26,435 nt of DNA from positions 1 through 26,435 of the forward strand of contig JAWODC010000046.1 of NCBI GenBank assembly GCA_046483495.1, given 5' to 3'. The notes below the pieces were generated by a model that made no database searches, had not been told where the DNA came from, and saw only the letters and a program-made list of their open reading frames with translations. Numbering within the stretch: the first letter of the stretch is position 1; every line of letters begins with the position of its first letter. This document shows positions 7,101 through 15,955 of the stretch, piece by piece. Source of the stretch: Desulfobacterales bacterium (GTDB lineage Bacteria; Desulfobacterota; Desulfobacteria; Desulfobacterales; UBA5616). The position numbers and the translations under genes are program-made.

Positions 7101-8501
7101 ATGACCTTAAGAATATTCAGACACTACATTCCGGCACGCAACCTCTTTTTCGTGTGTATCGAGAATCTGGCGATAGTAATGTCAGTGCTGATTGCCTCAC
7201 GAATTGCCATCGGCGGTGAAAACTTTACACTGGGCCCAGGGCTCTGGCTCAAGGTCGTTTTCATCACAGTCACATGCCAGGCATGCCTGTATTACAATGA
7301 CCTGTATGACATCAAAATCTCAGATACATTTTATGAGCTTATTATACGTCTGCTGCAGGCCTTGGGCGTGGCGGCCATCATTCTTGCCGGCGTTTACTTC
7401 GCCTTTCCTGAAGCGATCATTGCCAGGGGCGCTTTTCCGATAAGCATCGGCATATGCATCATGCTCATTGTTCTCGGCCGTATGGTTTATTCATTTATTC
7501 TCAATCATGGCCTGTTCAATGAAAAAGTCATCGTGGTCGGATCGGGCGAACTGGCGGCGGGCATTATTTCGGAAATCGAATCCAAGAAGGATTGCGGTTA
7601 TGAAGTCTCATTGAAAATCGAGGAGCTTTCCCAGGACACGGCCTGTCAAAATCCGACAAAAACCCCATGCGCCACGGTAAAAGACTGCCCTGCCCTTTAC
7701 CGAACGGCAAGCGAACGGGATGTTCGAAAAATTATCATAGCAATATCTGAAAAAAGAGGCAATTTTCCGGCAAAGGAACTTTTAGAATGCCGCGTGCACG
7801 GCATCGAGGTCGTCGAGGGCGTCAGTTTTTATGAAAGTCTTGCCGGAAAGCTTTTCGTCAAGCAGATCAATCCGGCATGGCTCATATATTCCGACGGCTT
7901 CAAAAAATCGCTTCTCAAACGTATAGTAAAGCGAACCGAGGATTTTATCCTCTCTTTTGTTCTGCTGATCGTTTTTCTGCCGTTGATTGCCGTCGTCAGC
8001 CTGCTGATTAAAGTCGATTCGCGGGGACCGGTGATTTTTTCACAAGAGCGGATGGGCAAGAACATGAAGCCGTATCGTATTTACAAGTTTCGCTCGATGG
8101 TTGCAGATGCTGAAAAAGAAAGCGGGCCCGTCTGGGCAAAAGATGATGATGACCGCATCACCCGCGTGGGAAAATGGATTCGAAAACTGCGTATCGATGA
8201 AGTTCCTCAGTTATGGAATGTTCTGAAATCGGATATGAGTTTTGTCGGCCCCCGGCCGGAGCGCCCTTATTTCGTAAGCCGGCTTGAAAGCCTCATCCCT
8301 TATTACGGTGAACGGTTTTCGGTAAAACCGGGCATAACAGGCTGGGCGCAGGTATGCTACGGCTACGGCGCCTCTGTTGAAGATGCCATTGAAAAGCTGA
8401 ATTACGACCTTTTTTACATAAAGAATATGTCAAGCTTCCTGGACATGGTCATCATATTGAAAACGGTAAAAATCGTACTGTTCGGCAGAGGCTCCAGGTA
8501 A
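7101..8501 (+). CDS. Priming sugar transferase (polyprenyl glycosylphosphotransferase), PEP-CTERM/XrtA-system type
   Basis: LRIFRHYIP N-terminus, four TM segments, VVGSG Rossmann-like domain, then KR..D, YKFRSM, DDDRITRVG, RIDEVPQLWNV, MSFVGPRPERP, VKPGITGWAQV, KLNYDLFYIKN. Confidence 0.95.
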   Translation: MTLRIFRHYIPARNLFFVCIENLAIVMSVLIASRIAIGGENFTLGPGLWLKVVFITVTCQACLYYNDLYDIKISDTFYELIIRLLQALGVAAIILAGVYFAFPEAIIARGAFPISIGICIMLIVLGRMVYSFILNHGLFNEKVIVVGSGELAAGIISEIESKKDCGYEVSLKIEELSQDTACQNPTKTPCATVKDCPALYRTASERDVRKIIIAISEKRGNFPAKELLECRVHGIEVVEGVSFYESLAGKLFVKQINPAWLIYSDGFKKSLLKRIVKRTEDFILSFVLLIVFLPLIAVVSLLIKVDSRGPVIFSQERMGKNMKPYRIYKFRSMVADAEKESGPVWAKDDDDRITRVGKWIRKLRIDEVPQLWNVLKSDMSFVGPRPERPYFVSRLESLIPYYGERFSVKPGITGWAQVCYGYGASVEDAIEKLNYDLFYIKNMSSFLDMVIILKTVKIVLFGRGSR

Positions 8502-8643
8502 CATTTTAATTGTTATATCATTAGCTTATCATTCAATTTCCAATGGAATTGACGGGGCGGAGCTGTAGACAGCGTCTCCATTTTCTTTTCAGTTTTTTTG
8601 TCTATAACACATAAATAAGCGCAACGGAACCAAGGAAAAAACC

Positions 8644-10185
8644 ATGGCTGAAAAACAAAATACATTTATACTCTATTACTATCTGAATCTTGTTATCAAA
8701 CGCCGCTGGCTCATTATCATCCCCTTTTGCCTGGCCATGATCGGCGGTCTTTATTATGCCGTCACTTCGCCGAAAATTTATGAAGCGTCAACCTTGATCA
8801 TGGTGGAGCCTCAACGCGTGCCGGCAAACTACGTGCGGTCGATTGTCTCATCGGATATCGAATCACGCATCAACACCATATCCCAGCAAATTTTGAGCCG
8901 GACGAGTCTGCTGAATATAATCGATCAATTTCACCTCTATTCATGGCCCGGGGCGGAAGAATTGTTTATGGAGGAGAAATTGGATGGTCTGCGAGGCCGC
9001 ATAAACATTTCAGTGAGGCATTCCAGAAGCGGCAATGACACGTTTACCGTTTCCTTCAGGGATACCGATCCCGTGAAGTCAATGGAAATCACAAATGCAT
9101 TGGCATCTTACTTTATCGACGAAAACCTCGTATTTCGCGAGGCCCAGGCAACCGGCACAAACGTTTTTCTGGAGGAGGAATTGATCAAAACGAGAAAACG
9201 GCTTGAAGAGATAGAAGTCGAACTCAATGACTACCGCAAAATCCACATGGGAGAACTTCCCGAGCAGCTTCAATCCAATTTGTCGATTCTTGAAAGACTC
9301 CAGGAACAGCATACAGAAAAGCAGAAAACCTTGAGAGATCTCAGGGCGACGCTGAGGGAAATAGACAATCAGGTTCCGCAAAGCGAATACTTTTATAAGC
9401 TGGCTCAGCTCAAAGAAGAATTGTCCAACTTGACGCTCAAGTACACCGAAAGACACCCCGACGTCATCCGATTAAAGAACACCATACGGCTCATGGAGGA
9501 AAAGGCCGGCGCTTCGGGGTCCGAATATGAGAATGCGGGATCCGCATCGGCTATGGCGGCAAACCGGTTTACATCTTTACAAGATATCAGCCGCAGGGAA
9601 GTTGTAAAGGAAATCCGTGATCTTGAAGAGGAAATAAGCTACCTGGGCAATCAGATATTCCTTTATCACCAGCGCGTGGAAAACACGCCAAAACGCGAGC
9701 TGGAACTTATTTCACTGCAAAGAGATTATCAGAACATCAAGGAATCGTATGATTCCCTGGTGCAGCGAAAGCTCGAAGCCGAAATCGCCGTAAATATGGA
9801 AAAGAAACAAAAAGGCGAGCAGTTCCGCATCCTGGATACGGCCAATCTGCCGGAAAGGCCCATCTCACCGGATATTAGAAAAATATTCGCCAAAACCGTT
9901 TTGGCCGGCCTTGGCGCCGGATTCGTACTGCTGTTTCTCCTGGATTTCTTGAACCCGTCGTTGAAGGATCCCAAGGATTATGAATCGCTTTTAGGTCTGC
10001 CGGTACTTGTAACGATACCGAAAATAAAAGGCACTGCAGAGAAAATGCGCATTCGCGTCAATCAGGCGATGACGTTCGCATCTTTTATTTTCATCGCCGT
10101 GCTTGTCGTTTCGTTTATTTTACTTTCGATCAACGGCGTCGATCCGACACTTGACTTTTTAAACCGCTATTTCGATACCACCTGA
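8644..10185 (+). CDS. Polysaccharide chain-length determinant / co-polymerase (Wzz/GumC type, no fused kinase)
   Basis: KRRWLII TM1, PKIYEASTLIMV, long coiled-coil periplasmic region with YTERHPDV, FRILDTANLPERPISP before TM2, LGLPVLVTIP. Confidence 0.92.
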   Translation: MAEKQNTFILYYYLNLVIKRRWLIIIPFCLAMIGGLYYAVTSPKIYEASTLIMVEPQRVPANYVRSIVSSDIESRINTISQQILSRTSLLNIIDQFHLYSWPGAEELFMEEKLDGLRGRINISVRHSRSGNDTFTVSFRDTDPVKSMEITNALASYFIDENLVFREAQATGTNVFLEEELIKTRKRLEEIEVELNDYRKIHMGELPEQLQSNLSILERLQEQHTEKQKTLRDLRATLREIDNQVPQSEYFYKLAQLKEELSNLTLKYTERHPDVIRLKNTIRLMEEKAGASGSEYENAGSASAMAANRFTSLQDISRREVVKEIRDLEEEISYLGNQIFLYHQRVENTPKRELELISLQRDYQNIKESYDSLVQRKLEAEIAVNMEKKQKGEQFRILDTANLPERPISPDIRKIFAKTVLAGLGAGFVLLFLLDFLNPSLKDPKDYESLLGLPVLVTIPKIKGTAEKMRIRVNQAMTFASFIFIAVLVVSFILLSINGVDPTLDFLNRYFDTT

Positions 10186-10227
10186 GAGTCGGAAGCCGTT
10201 CGAGCGCCGCAAAATAATAATGATTAA

Positions 10228-10374
10228 TAGTGTCCATCCGGAAATGAGAAAATTCGATTCAGTTCAAGGCGGCCGATAAATTTTAACCGCATGAATACAT
10301 TGGCTATTTTGAGGATTATAATTTTTCGGCCAACGCCGAAATGAAGCGAATTAGCCATTTCTGAATGGACAATA
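10228..10374. mobile_element. 147-bp MITE-like palindromic element
   Basis: Terminal inverted repeats TAGTGTCCATCCGGAAATG / CATTTCTGAATGGACAATA (16/19 match), TA at both ends. Imperfect dyad symmetry continues to the centre. No ORF. Confidence 0.7.
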
Positions 10375-10406
10375 AATAAAAACCTTTCTTTAATGGAGAA
10401 ACCATT

Positions 10407-11651
10407 TTGGGAAAACTAACCAAGGCATTGGACAAGTTTGCGGCCGAACCCAAATCCCAACGCATTCGGAATCTGACTCCGAACGATATTGAACTGCTCT
10501 TGGCGCACAATCGGAAAACCGGCCGCCTCTCGACTGATAATCGGGGATTCGATCCTCTAAAGGAGCAGGAAACACATCACGAATCCATTGAACGGCTTCT
10601 CGAAAACAACATGATCGATCCGGGGGGCAATTTAACTCCAAAGGGGTTCGAGGAAGTTAAACGAATGGAGCAGATCATTCGTCCGGAAACCATAGAGACC
10701 GTTAGAATGAGAAAAGATGCTCACGGTGAAAGCCGGTCCGTAGACTATGGCAACGATTACCAACAGGTCGAATTTTCAGCTAAACCGCAAAAGCATGCGC
10801 CTGCCGACCAGAAGATGCATACAGAAAAGAAAACCGAAAGAGATGACAGCAGCATAAGGTCCTCCGAAGTTAAAATAGCGCCCGTATCCAGACGACATCC
10901 CATAAAAAAACAGCCGGACCGCATGCTTGTTTCGCTTCTAAACCAACATTCATACGAAGCCGAGCAATTCAAAATACTCAGGACGAGCATTATGTATCCC
11001 CTTGCGGGGAACGCCCCTAAAACCATTTTGGTGACAAGCGCCCTGCCCGGTGAGGGAAAGTCGTTTCTTTCTTCCAATCTGGCCGTAAGTATCGCCCTGG
11101 ATATCAACAAGCATGTATTGCTGATTGACTGCGATTTGAGAAACCCTTCGCTGCATCATTTTTTCGGGTTTAATGCCGGCAGAGGGTTAAGCGACTATTT
11201 GAACGGCGAAACAGACCTTTCAGACCTGATGCTTCGATTGAACGGTATCGACAGGCTGTCACTGCTGCCGGCCGGCACACTACCGCCGAATCCATCGGAA
11301 CTCGTTTCCACAGAGCAAATGGCGGCATTCATGGAAGAGGCCAAGCAGCGCTATAACGATCGTATGATTATCCTGGATTCACCGCCCCAGGCCATCGCAG
11401 CCGAAAGTGCGTACCTCGCCAGAATCGTCGACGGTATCATTATCGTGGTGAAATACGGCAGAACTCCCCGGCAAGAGATCGAAGACATGGTGACCAACAT
11501 CGGAACCGATAAGATCATCGGGGTGGTCGTCAACCAAATGGATCTGTCGGTGCCCCAAAGTTCAGGATACAGTAAATACGGATATGCCAAACGGTATTAT
11601 ACGGCACATTCACAAAAGGGCCTCATATCCAGGCTTTTCAAAACCAGGTAA
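10407..11651 (+). CDS. Polysaccharide biosynthesis tyrosine autokinase (CpsD/CapB, BY-kinase)
   Basis: AEQFKILRT, Walker A SALPGEGKS, A' LLIDCDLRNP, B IILDSPP, C-terminal Tyr cluster GYSKYGYAKRYY. TTG start with GGAG RBS. Confidence 0.93.
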   Translation: MGKLTKALDKFAAEPKSQRIRNLTPNDIELLLAHNRKTGRLSTDNRGFDPLKEQETHHESIERLLENNMIDPGGNLTPKGFEEVKRMEQIIRPETIETVRMRKDAHGESRSVDYGNDYQQVEFSAKPQKHAPADQKMHTEKKTERDDSSIRSSEVKIAPVSRRHPIKKQPDRMLVSLLNQHSYEAEQFKILRTSIMYPLAGNAPKTILVTSALPGEGKSFLSSNLAVSIALDINKHVLLIDCDLRNPSLHHFFGFNAGRGLSDYLNGETDLSDLMLRLNGIDRLSLLPAGTLPPNPSELVSTEQMAAFMEEAKQRYNDRMIILDSPPQAIAAESAYLARIVDGIIIVVKYGRTPRQEIEDMVTNIGTDKIIGVVVNQMDLSVPQSSGYSKYGYAKRYYTAHSQKGLISRLFKTR

Positions 11652-11697
11652 TATTACGTCCGATCAATACCTGAAAACCAAAAGGGAGGCTTTCACG

Positions 11698-12297
11698 ATG
11701 AAAAGACATCTCATTGCAGTTGCCATGATACTGCTGATAACGTCATTAGGGGGGGTTGGAAGCGTGACTGCGGCGGATAAAACCATTTCAAACGCACGTC
11801 TTCCAAAGATAGAAGCTTACAGAATCCAACCCGGTGACGTTCTGGAAATAACCACATGGAAAGAACCGGACCTGACGCGGCCTCAGGTGCTTGTCCGAAC
11901 CGACGGAAAAATATCATTTCCCTTGTTGAATGATGTACAAGCCTCCGGTTTAACGCCGCTGTCGATTAAAAAAAGCCTGGAAGCAGGTCTGAAGGACTAC
12001 GTCGAAAATCCATTTGTCACCGTAACCGTGAGGGATCCGGCAAGCCAAAAGTTTTACATTCTGGGAGAGGTTTCCCGGACCGGCGAGTACCCACTGACGA
12101 AGAGCCTGACCGTGCTCCAGGCATTTGCCCTTGCAGGAGGCTTTACGGAATGGGCATCGAAGAAGGAAATTTTGCTGCTGAGGAACGAAAACGGCAGCGA
12201 TAAAATATTCCGAATAAACTACAAGGATATTACGGATGGAAAGGATTTCAGCCAGAATATCAGCATAAAGGCAGATGACACGATTATCGTTCCATAA
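11698..12297 (+). CDS. Polysaccharide export protein (short OPX/Wza-like; Poly_export + SLBB)
   Basis: YRIQPGDVLEI, VRTDGKISFPLLNDVQASGLT, ILGEVSRTGEY, LQAFALAGGF, ending DDTIIVP. Start set at ATG 11698 (GGGAGG RBS, signal peptide) rather than 11584. Confidence 0.92.
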   Translation: MKRHLIAVAMILLITSLGGVGSVTAADKTISNARLPKIEAYRIQPGDVLEITTWKEPDLTRPQVLVRTDGKISFPLLNDVQASGLTPLSIKKSLEAGLKDYVENPFVTVTVRDPASQKFYILGEVSRTGEYPLTKSLTVLQAFALAGGFTEWASKKEILLLRNENGSDKIFRINYKDITDGKDFSQNISIKADDTIIVP

Positions 12298-12352
12298 ACA
12301 CTATGCCGATTAATATTCAATACGTCCGTCGGATAAAACAAGGAGCCATCCC

Positions 12353-13732
12353 ATGAAACTCAATATCGCTGTTTTTGCCGTTACGGTTTCTATCTGCTTT
12401 TTCGCGTTTGATGCACATGCGGTACGGTTTATGTTCGATCCTCAGCTGTATGTGGCCGAAAAATATACCGACAATGTATTTCTTACCGAAGATGACGAAG
12501 AGGATGATTTTATCACCGAATTATCTGCCGGTTTCACGGCATCCCTTCAAACAAAAACCTCGGGTCTGGAACTCTCGGCATTCCCCACGTATGCCTGGTA
12601 TTCCGAATTCAGCGAAAACAACAGCTGGCGGCTTCCTGCCGATTTGCATCTGTATACCCGTCCCTCGCAGCATACCCGCATCTATTTTCGTGATCGTTTT
12701 TTAAGAACCGAAGACCCCGAGGGTATCCAAAATCTAAGAGTTCTTCAGGGACGCGTGGAAGAGATCGGGGATACCACCCGAAGGCGGGGCAGGGAAAACT
12801 ATTACCGAAATGCAGCCGAATTGGGGGCTAACCACAGTTTCGGCAGGGACGATCAAGTTTACTCCCGCTTTTCGTATGGCATTCTAAGAAACGATGATGA
12901 TGAATTGTATGAAGACAATGATTACTACAGGGCCGGGGCCGGATTGGATTACTGGCTTACCCATATGTTCGGCCTTCAGTCTTATTTGGAATATACAAAG
13001 GGAGATTACGAAACGCCTGATGATTTCGTGGATAATACATCCGATGATTTTGACAACTACAGAGGCACGATCCGTCTTTTGGGTCGATTAACAAGGCATT
13101 CCAGCTTTTTTCTGCAGTACGAACACATTTACCGGGAATTTTCCGATGATTCGGAGGATTATGCCATTTATGCACCATCCGCCGGATATTACTATGAATT
13201 CGACCGGGATACCTTTGTGAGGCTCGGGCTTGGATTTTACTACCAGGATCGCGAAAACGACGGGAGCGAAGAAGAATTTTTTCTTGAAGGCGAATTGTCA
13301 AAAACGTGGGATTATCGTCGGGGATACATCAACCTGACGGGACTCTCGGGGTTGACCCAAAACGATTTCGGCGCCCAAACACCCGGTTTCCAGCGATTTG
13401 CCGCAATCGATGGGGAAGGAGAGTATCGATTCACGAGAAGATTCGCAGGATATATCGGATCCTATCTGCGCTACTCGGAAACACCGCTGGTCACCGGGAC
13501 CGGAGATGAAGACGAACAAACAGGCCAGGGGATATTTTCCGTGGACGTCCGATATCTGGTTACCCCCTGGATGCTTCTGTCTGCTGGATATGCATTCTCT
13601 TATTATGAATCAGACGTTTATGAAGATTACCGGGAGAACAGAGGCTTATTGGCCGTTTCCTTTCAGCCCGGCCGGACAAGGGATATATCCGGGGCGGATA
13701 TTGACCGGCCGTTTCGCAGATTCCGTTTTTAG
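12353..13732 (+). CDS. Outer-membrane beta-barrel protein of the EPS export system
   Basis: Signal peptide (AHA/V), EKYTDNVFL…EDDFIT motif at the mature N-terminus, alternating aromatic-rich beta strands, YRENR near the C-terminus, terminal Phe. Directly follows the OPX gene. Confidence 0.85.
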   Translation: MKLNIAVFAVTVSICFFAFDAHAVRFMFDPQLYVAEKYTDNVFLTEDDEEDDFITELSAGFTASLQTKTSGLELSAFPTYAWYSEFSENNSWRLPADLHLYTRPSQHTRIYFRDRFLRTEDPEGIQNLRVLQGRVEEIGDTTRRRGRENYYRNAAELGANHSFGRDDQVYSRFSYGILRNDDDELYEDNDYYRAGAGLDYWLTHMFGLQSYLEYTKGDYETPDDFVDNTSDDFDNYRGTIRLLGRLTRHSSFFLQYEHIYREFSDDSEDYAIYAPSAGYYYEFDRDTFVRLGLGFYYQDRENDGSEEEFFLEGELSKTWDYRRGYINLTGLSGLTQNDFGAQTPGFQRFAAIDGEGEYRFTRRFAGYIGSYLRYSETPLVTGTGDEDEQTGQGIFSVDVRYLVTPWMLLSAGYAFSYYESDVYEDYRENRGLLAVSFQPGRTRDISGADIDRPFRRFRF

Positions 13733-13872
13733 ATTGTGCTCATCTTTAAACAGGCATTTTTCATCCCTTAACTGCCGGGCAAAACAGCACCGCCTGTAAA
13801 AAAGTCAGATCCCTGCTCCAGAGAAACAGTCCGCCTTAAATTTTTATTGAACCGTTCAGAAGACTGTTACCA

Positions 13873-14940
13873 TTGAATGCCCATCACCCACAATGTTTTC
13901 TGCTGACCGTCGACGTCGAGGATTGGTTTCATGTTGAAAACTTCAAACGATGCATTCCGTTTTCCACCTGGGGCAATCGAGAACTGCGGGTAGAACACAA
14001 TGTCCATCGCCTTCTCGATCTTTTCGATTCGATCACGACAGGAAGCGGAATTCGATGCCCGATAAAAACCATACCGAATCCATTACGTACGACATTCTTT
14101 GTATTAGGTTGGGTTGCCGAACGGCTACCCCACCTCGTCCGGGAAATCGCTTGCAGAGGCCACGAAATAGCATCGCATGGTTACTTTCATACGCTCGTGT
14201 CCGAACAAACAAATGCGCATCTGGCCGCGGATTTACGCGACAGCAGAAAACTTCTGGAAGACACCATCGGGTCACCGGTATATGGATACCGTGCACCGAG
14301 CTTTGGAGTACGAGAGGATATCCTGGACATCATCGAGGAATGCGGATACCGGTATGATTCGAGCTACAACTCCTTCGGTTTTCACAACCGCTACGGAAAA
14401 TTGAATTTGCCACACAACGGCCGGGGCGGAATTGCGGTTCCGATCAAATCGATTTACGAACTGCCGGTCAGCAATCTGCAGCTTTTACCGCTTTTCGGCA
14501 AAAAGTCCGAGATTCCGACGCGCCGATATCCGTTACCCTGGGGCGGCGGCGCCTATTTTCGCATGATGCCGTTTGCTGTTTTTAAAAACGGCGTGCGGTT
14601 GATTCTCGAAATGGATCAGGCATACTTATTTTACATGCACCCGTGGGAAATCGATGCGGATCAGCCAAGGGTTAAAACCGCCTCTCTTTTATCGAAAATC
14701 AGACATTACACCCGCATTTCCCGGATGGAGCAAAAATTGGCCGCGCTGATCGATGAATTCAAGGACTGTGCGTTTATCACCTGCAACCGGTATGTTGAAC
14801 GTTGCGAAAACGGCGGATTCAGGTACCCGAACGGCAGGGCTTCGGAAAATGATCAGGTCCAAAATCGGGATGCGATCCCGGTCGAGGCCGCCGGAATATC
14901 CAATCACGCCGACGTATACTTGTCGAATGATCTAAAATGA
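13873..14940 (+). CDS. Polysaccharide deacetylase, XrtA-system type (with DUF3473-like C-terminal part)
   Basis: TVDVEDWFH, TTFFVLGWVAER, GHEIASHGYFH, GYRAPSF, YDSS, PWGGGAYFR, FYMHPWEIDADQP. Confidence 0.92.
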   Translation: MNAHHPQCFLLTVDVEDWFHVENFKRCIPFSTWGNRELRVEHNVHRLLDLFDSITTGSGIRCPIKTIPNPLRTTFFVLGWVAERLPHLVREIACRGHEIASHGYFHTLVSEQTNAHLAADLRDSRKLLEDTIGSPVYGYRAPSFGVREDILDIIEECGYRYDSSYNSFGFHNRYGKLNLPHNGRGGIAVPIKSIYELPVSNLQLLPLFGKKSEIPTRRYPLPWGGGAYFRMMPFAVFKNGVRLILEMDQAYLFYMHPWEIDADQPRVKTASLLSKIRHYTRISRMEQKLAALIDEFKDCAFITCNRYVERCENGGFRYPNGRASENDQVQNRDAIPVEAAGISNHADVYLSNDLK

Positions 14941-15953
14941 CACCGTACTGTTCCATAGTGGTTCCGCTGTACAATGAAGAGGCATGTGTGGAAAGCCTGC
15001 TGAATCGCATCCGCGAATCGGGGGAAACGTGGAATGTTCCATTTGAAATCATTTTTGTGGACGACGGCTCGACAGATCGCACGTGGCCGATCATAGAACG
15101 GCTTAAGAAGAATGCCCCTGAGTTGAAAGCCATCAAATTCCGGCGCAATTACGGCCAGACGTGTGCCATGGTCGCAGGTTTCGAACTTGCATCCGGGGAA
15201 ATCATCGTAACCATGGACGGGGATCTCCAGAACGATCCCGCCGATATTTCCAGACTGATTGACAAGCTTCAAGAGGGCTGGGACATTGTCAGCGGCTGGC
15301 GAAAAAACCGAAAAGACAGTCGATGGCGGGTTTTCCCCTCCAGAATAGCCAATAAAATCATCTCATGGACGACGGGAGTTCGGCTTCACGACTACGGCTG
15401 TTCGCTGAAGGCATATCGCGCCGTGTGCGTGAAATCCCTCAAAGCGTATGGCGAAATGCATCGCTTTCTCCCTGCCCTCGCACGCATGACAGGCGCCCGG
15501 GTCACCGAAATTCCCGTCAGTCATCACCCCCGCAGGTTCGGCGTCTCCAAGTACGGCTTCGACCGAATCTTCAAAGTGTTCAGCGATATTTTCGCGATGA
15601 ACTTAATCATCCGATTTGCCTCCAATCCACTGAAAGGATTCGTATTCTGTGCGATACCTTTTGTTCTTTTGGCCCTTTTCTTCATTGGTCTGAGCGTTCT
15701 GGCCGTGCTGTTTCAATGGACGTCGGGAAAGGCCCTCTTTTTCATGATCGGCGCTGCGTTGAATATTACAGCCGCTATTCACCTGACCACACTCGGTGTT
15801 CTCGGAGAACTGGTCGTCGGTATGAGCGATCTCAGCCACACGCAAATGCCGGAAGTGACAAAGCGCCGAATCCCACATACTGTCGAAGTAAAAGAAGATA
15901 TGGAACCTGAATCAGAAAACATCGCCTGGATGCGGCAGCCCCTTTCAAAATAG
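14937..15953 (+). CDS. Glycosyltransferase family 2, ArnC/GtrB/DPM1-like polyprenol-phosphate glycosyltransferase
   Basis: SIVVPLYNE, FVDDGSTD, RNYGQ, TMDGDLQNDP, DIVSGWR, HDYGCSLKAYR, GEMHRFLP, GVSKYG, two C-terminal TM helices. ATGA overlap with the deacetylase. Confidence 0.93.
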   Translation: MTPYCSIVVPLYNEEACVESLLNRIRESGETWNVPFEIIFVDDGSTDRTWPIIERLKKNAPELKAIKFRRNYGQTCAMVAGFELASGEIIVTMDGDLQNDPADISRLIDKLQEGWDIVSGWRKNRKDSRWRVFPSRIANKIISWTTGVRLHDYGCSLKAYRAVCVKSLKAYGEMHRFLPALARMTGARVTEIPVSHHPRRFGVSKYGFDRIFKVFSDIFAMNLIIRFASNPLKGFVFCAIPFVLLALFFIGLSVLAVLFQWTSGKALFFMIGAALNITAAIHLTTLGVLGELVVGMSDLSHTQMPEVTKRRIPHTVEVKEDMEPESENIAWMRQPLSK

Positions 15954-15955
15954 AA

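Noticed and set aside
8558..8600. Hairpin GGAGCTGTAGACAGCGTCTCC plus a T-rich tract after the sugar transferase
   Set aside because: The stem is short and bulged and lies inside an apparent operon. Too weak to call a terminator.
11584..11697. Longer start for the OPX gene
   Set aside because: It overlaps the kinase gene. ATG 11698 has a GGGAGG RBS and begins a signal peptide.
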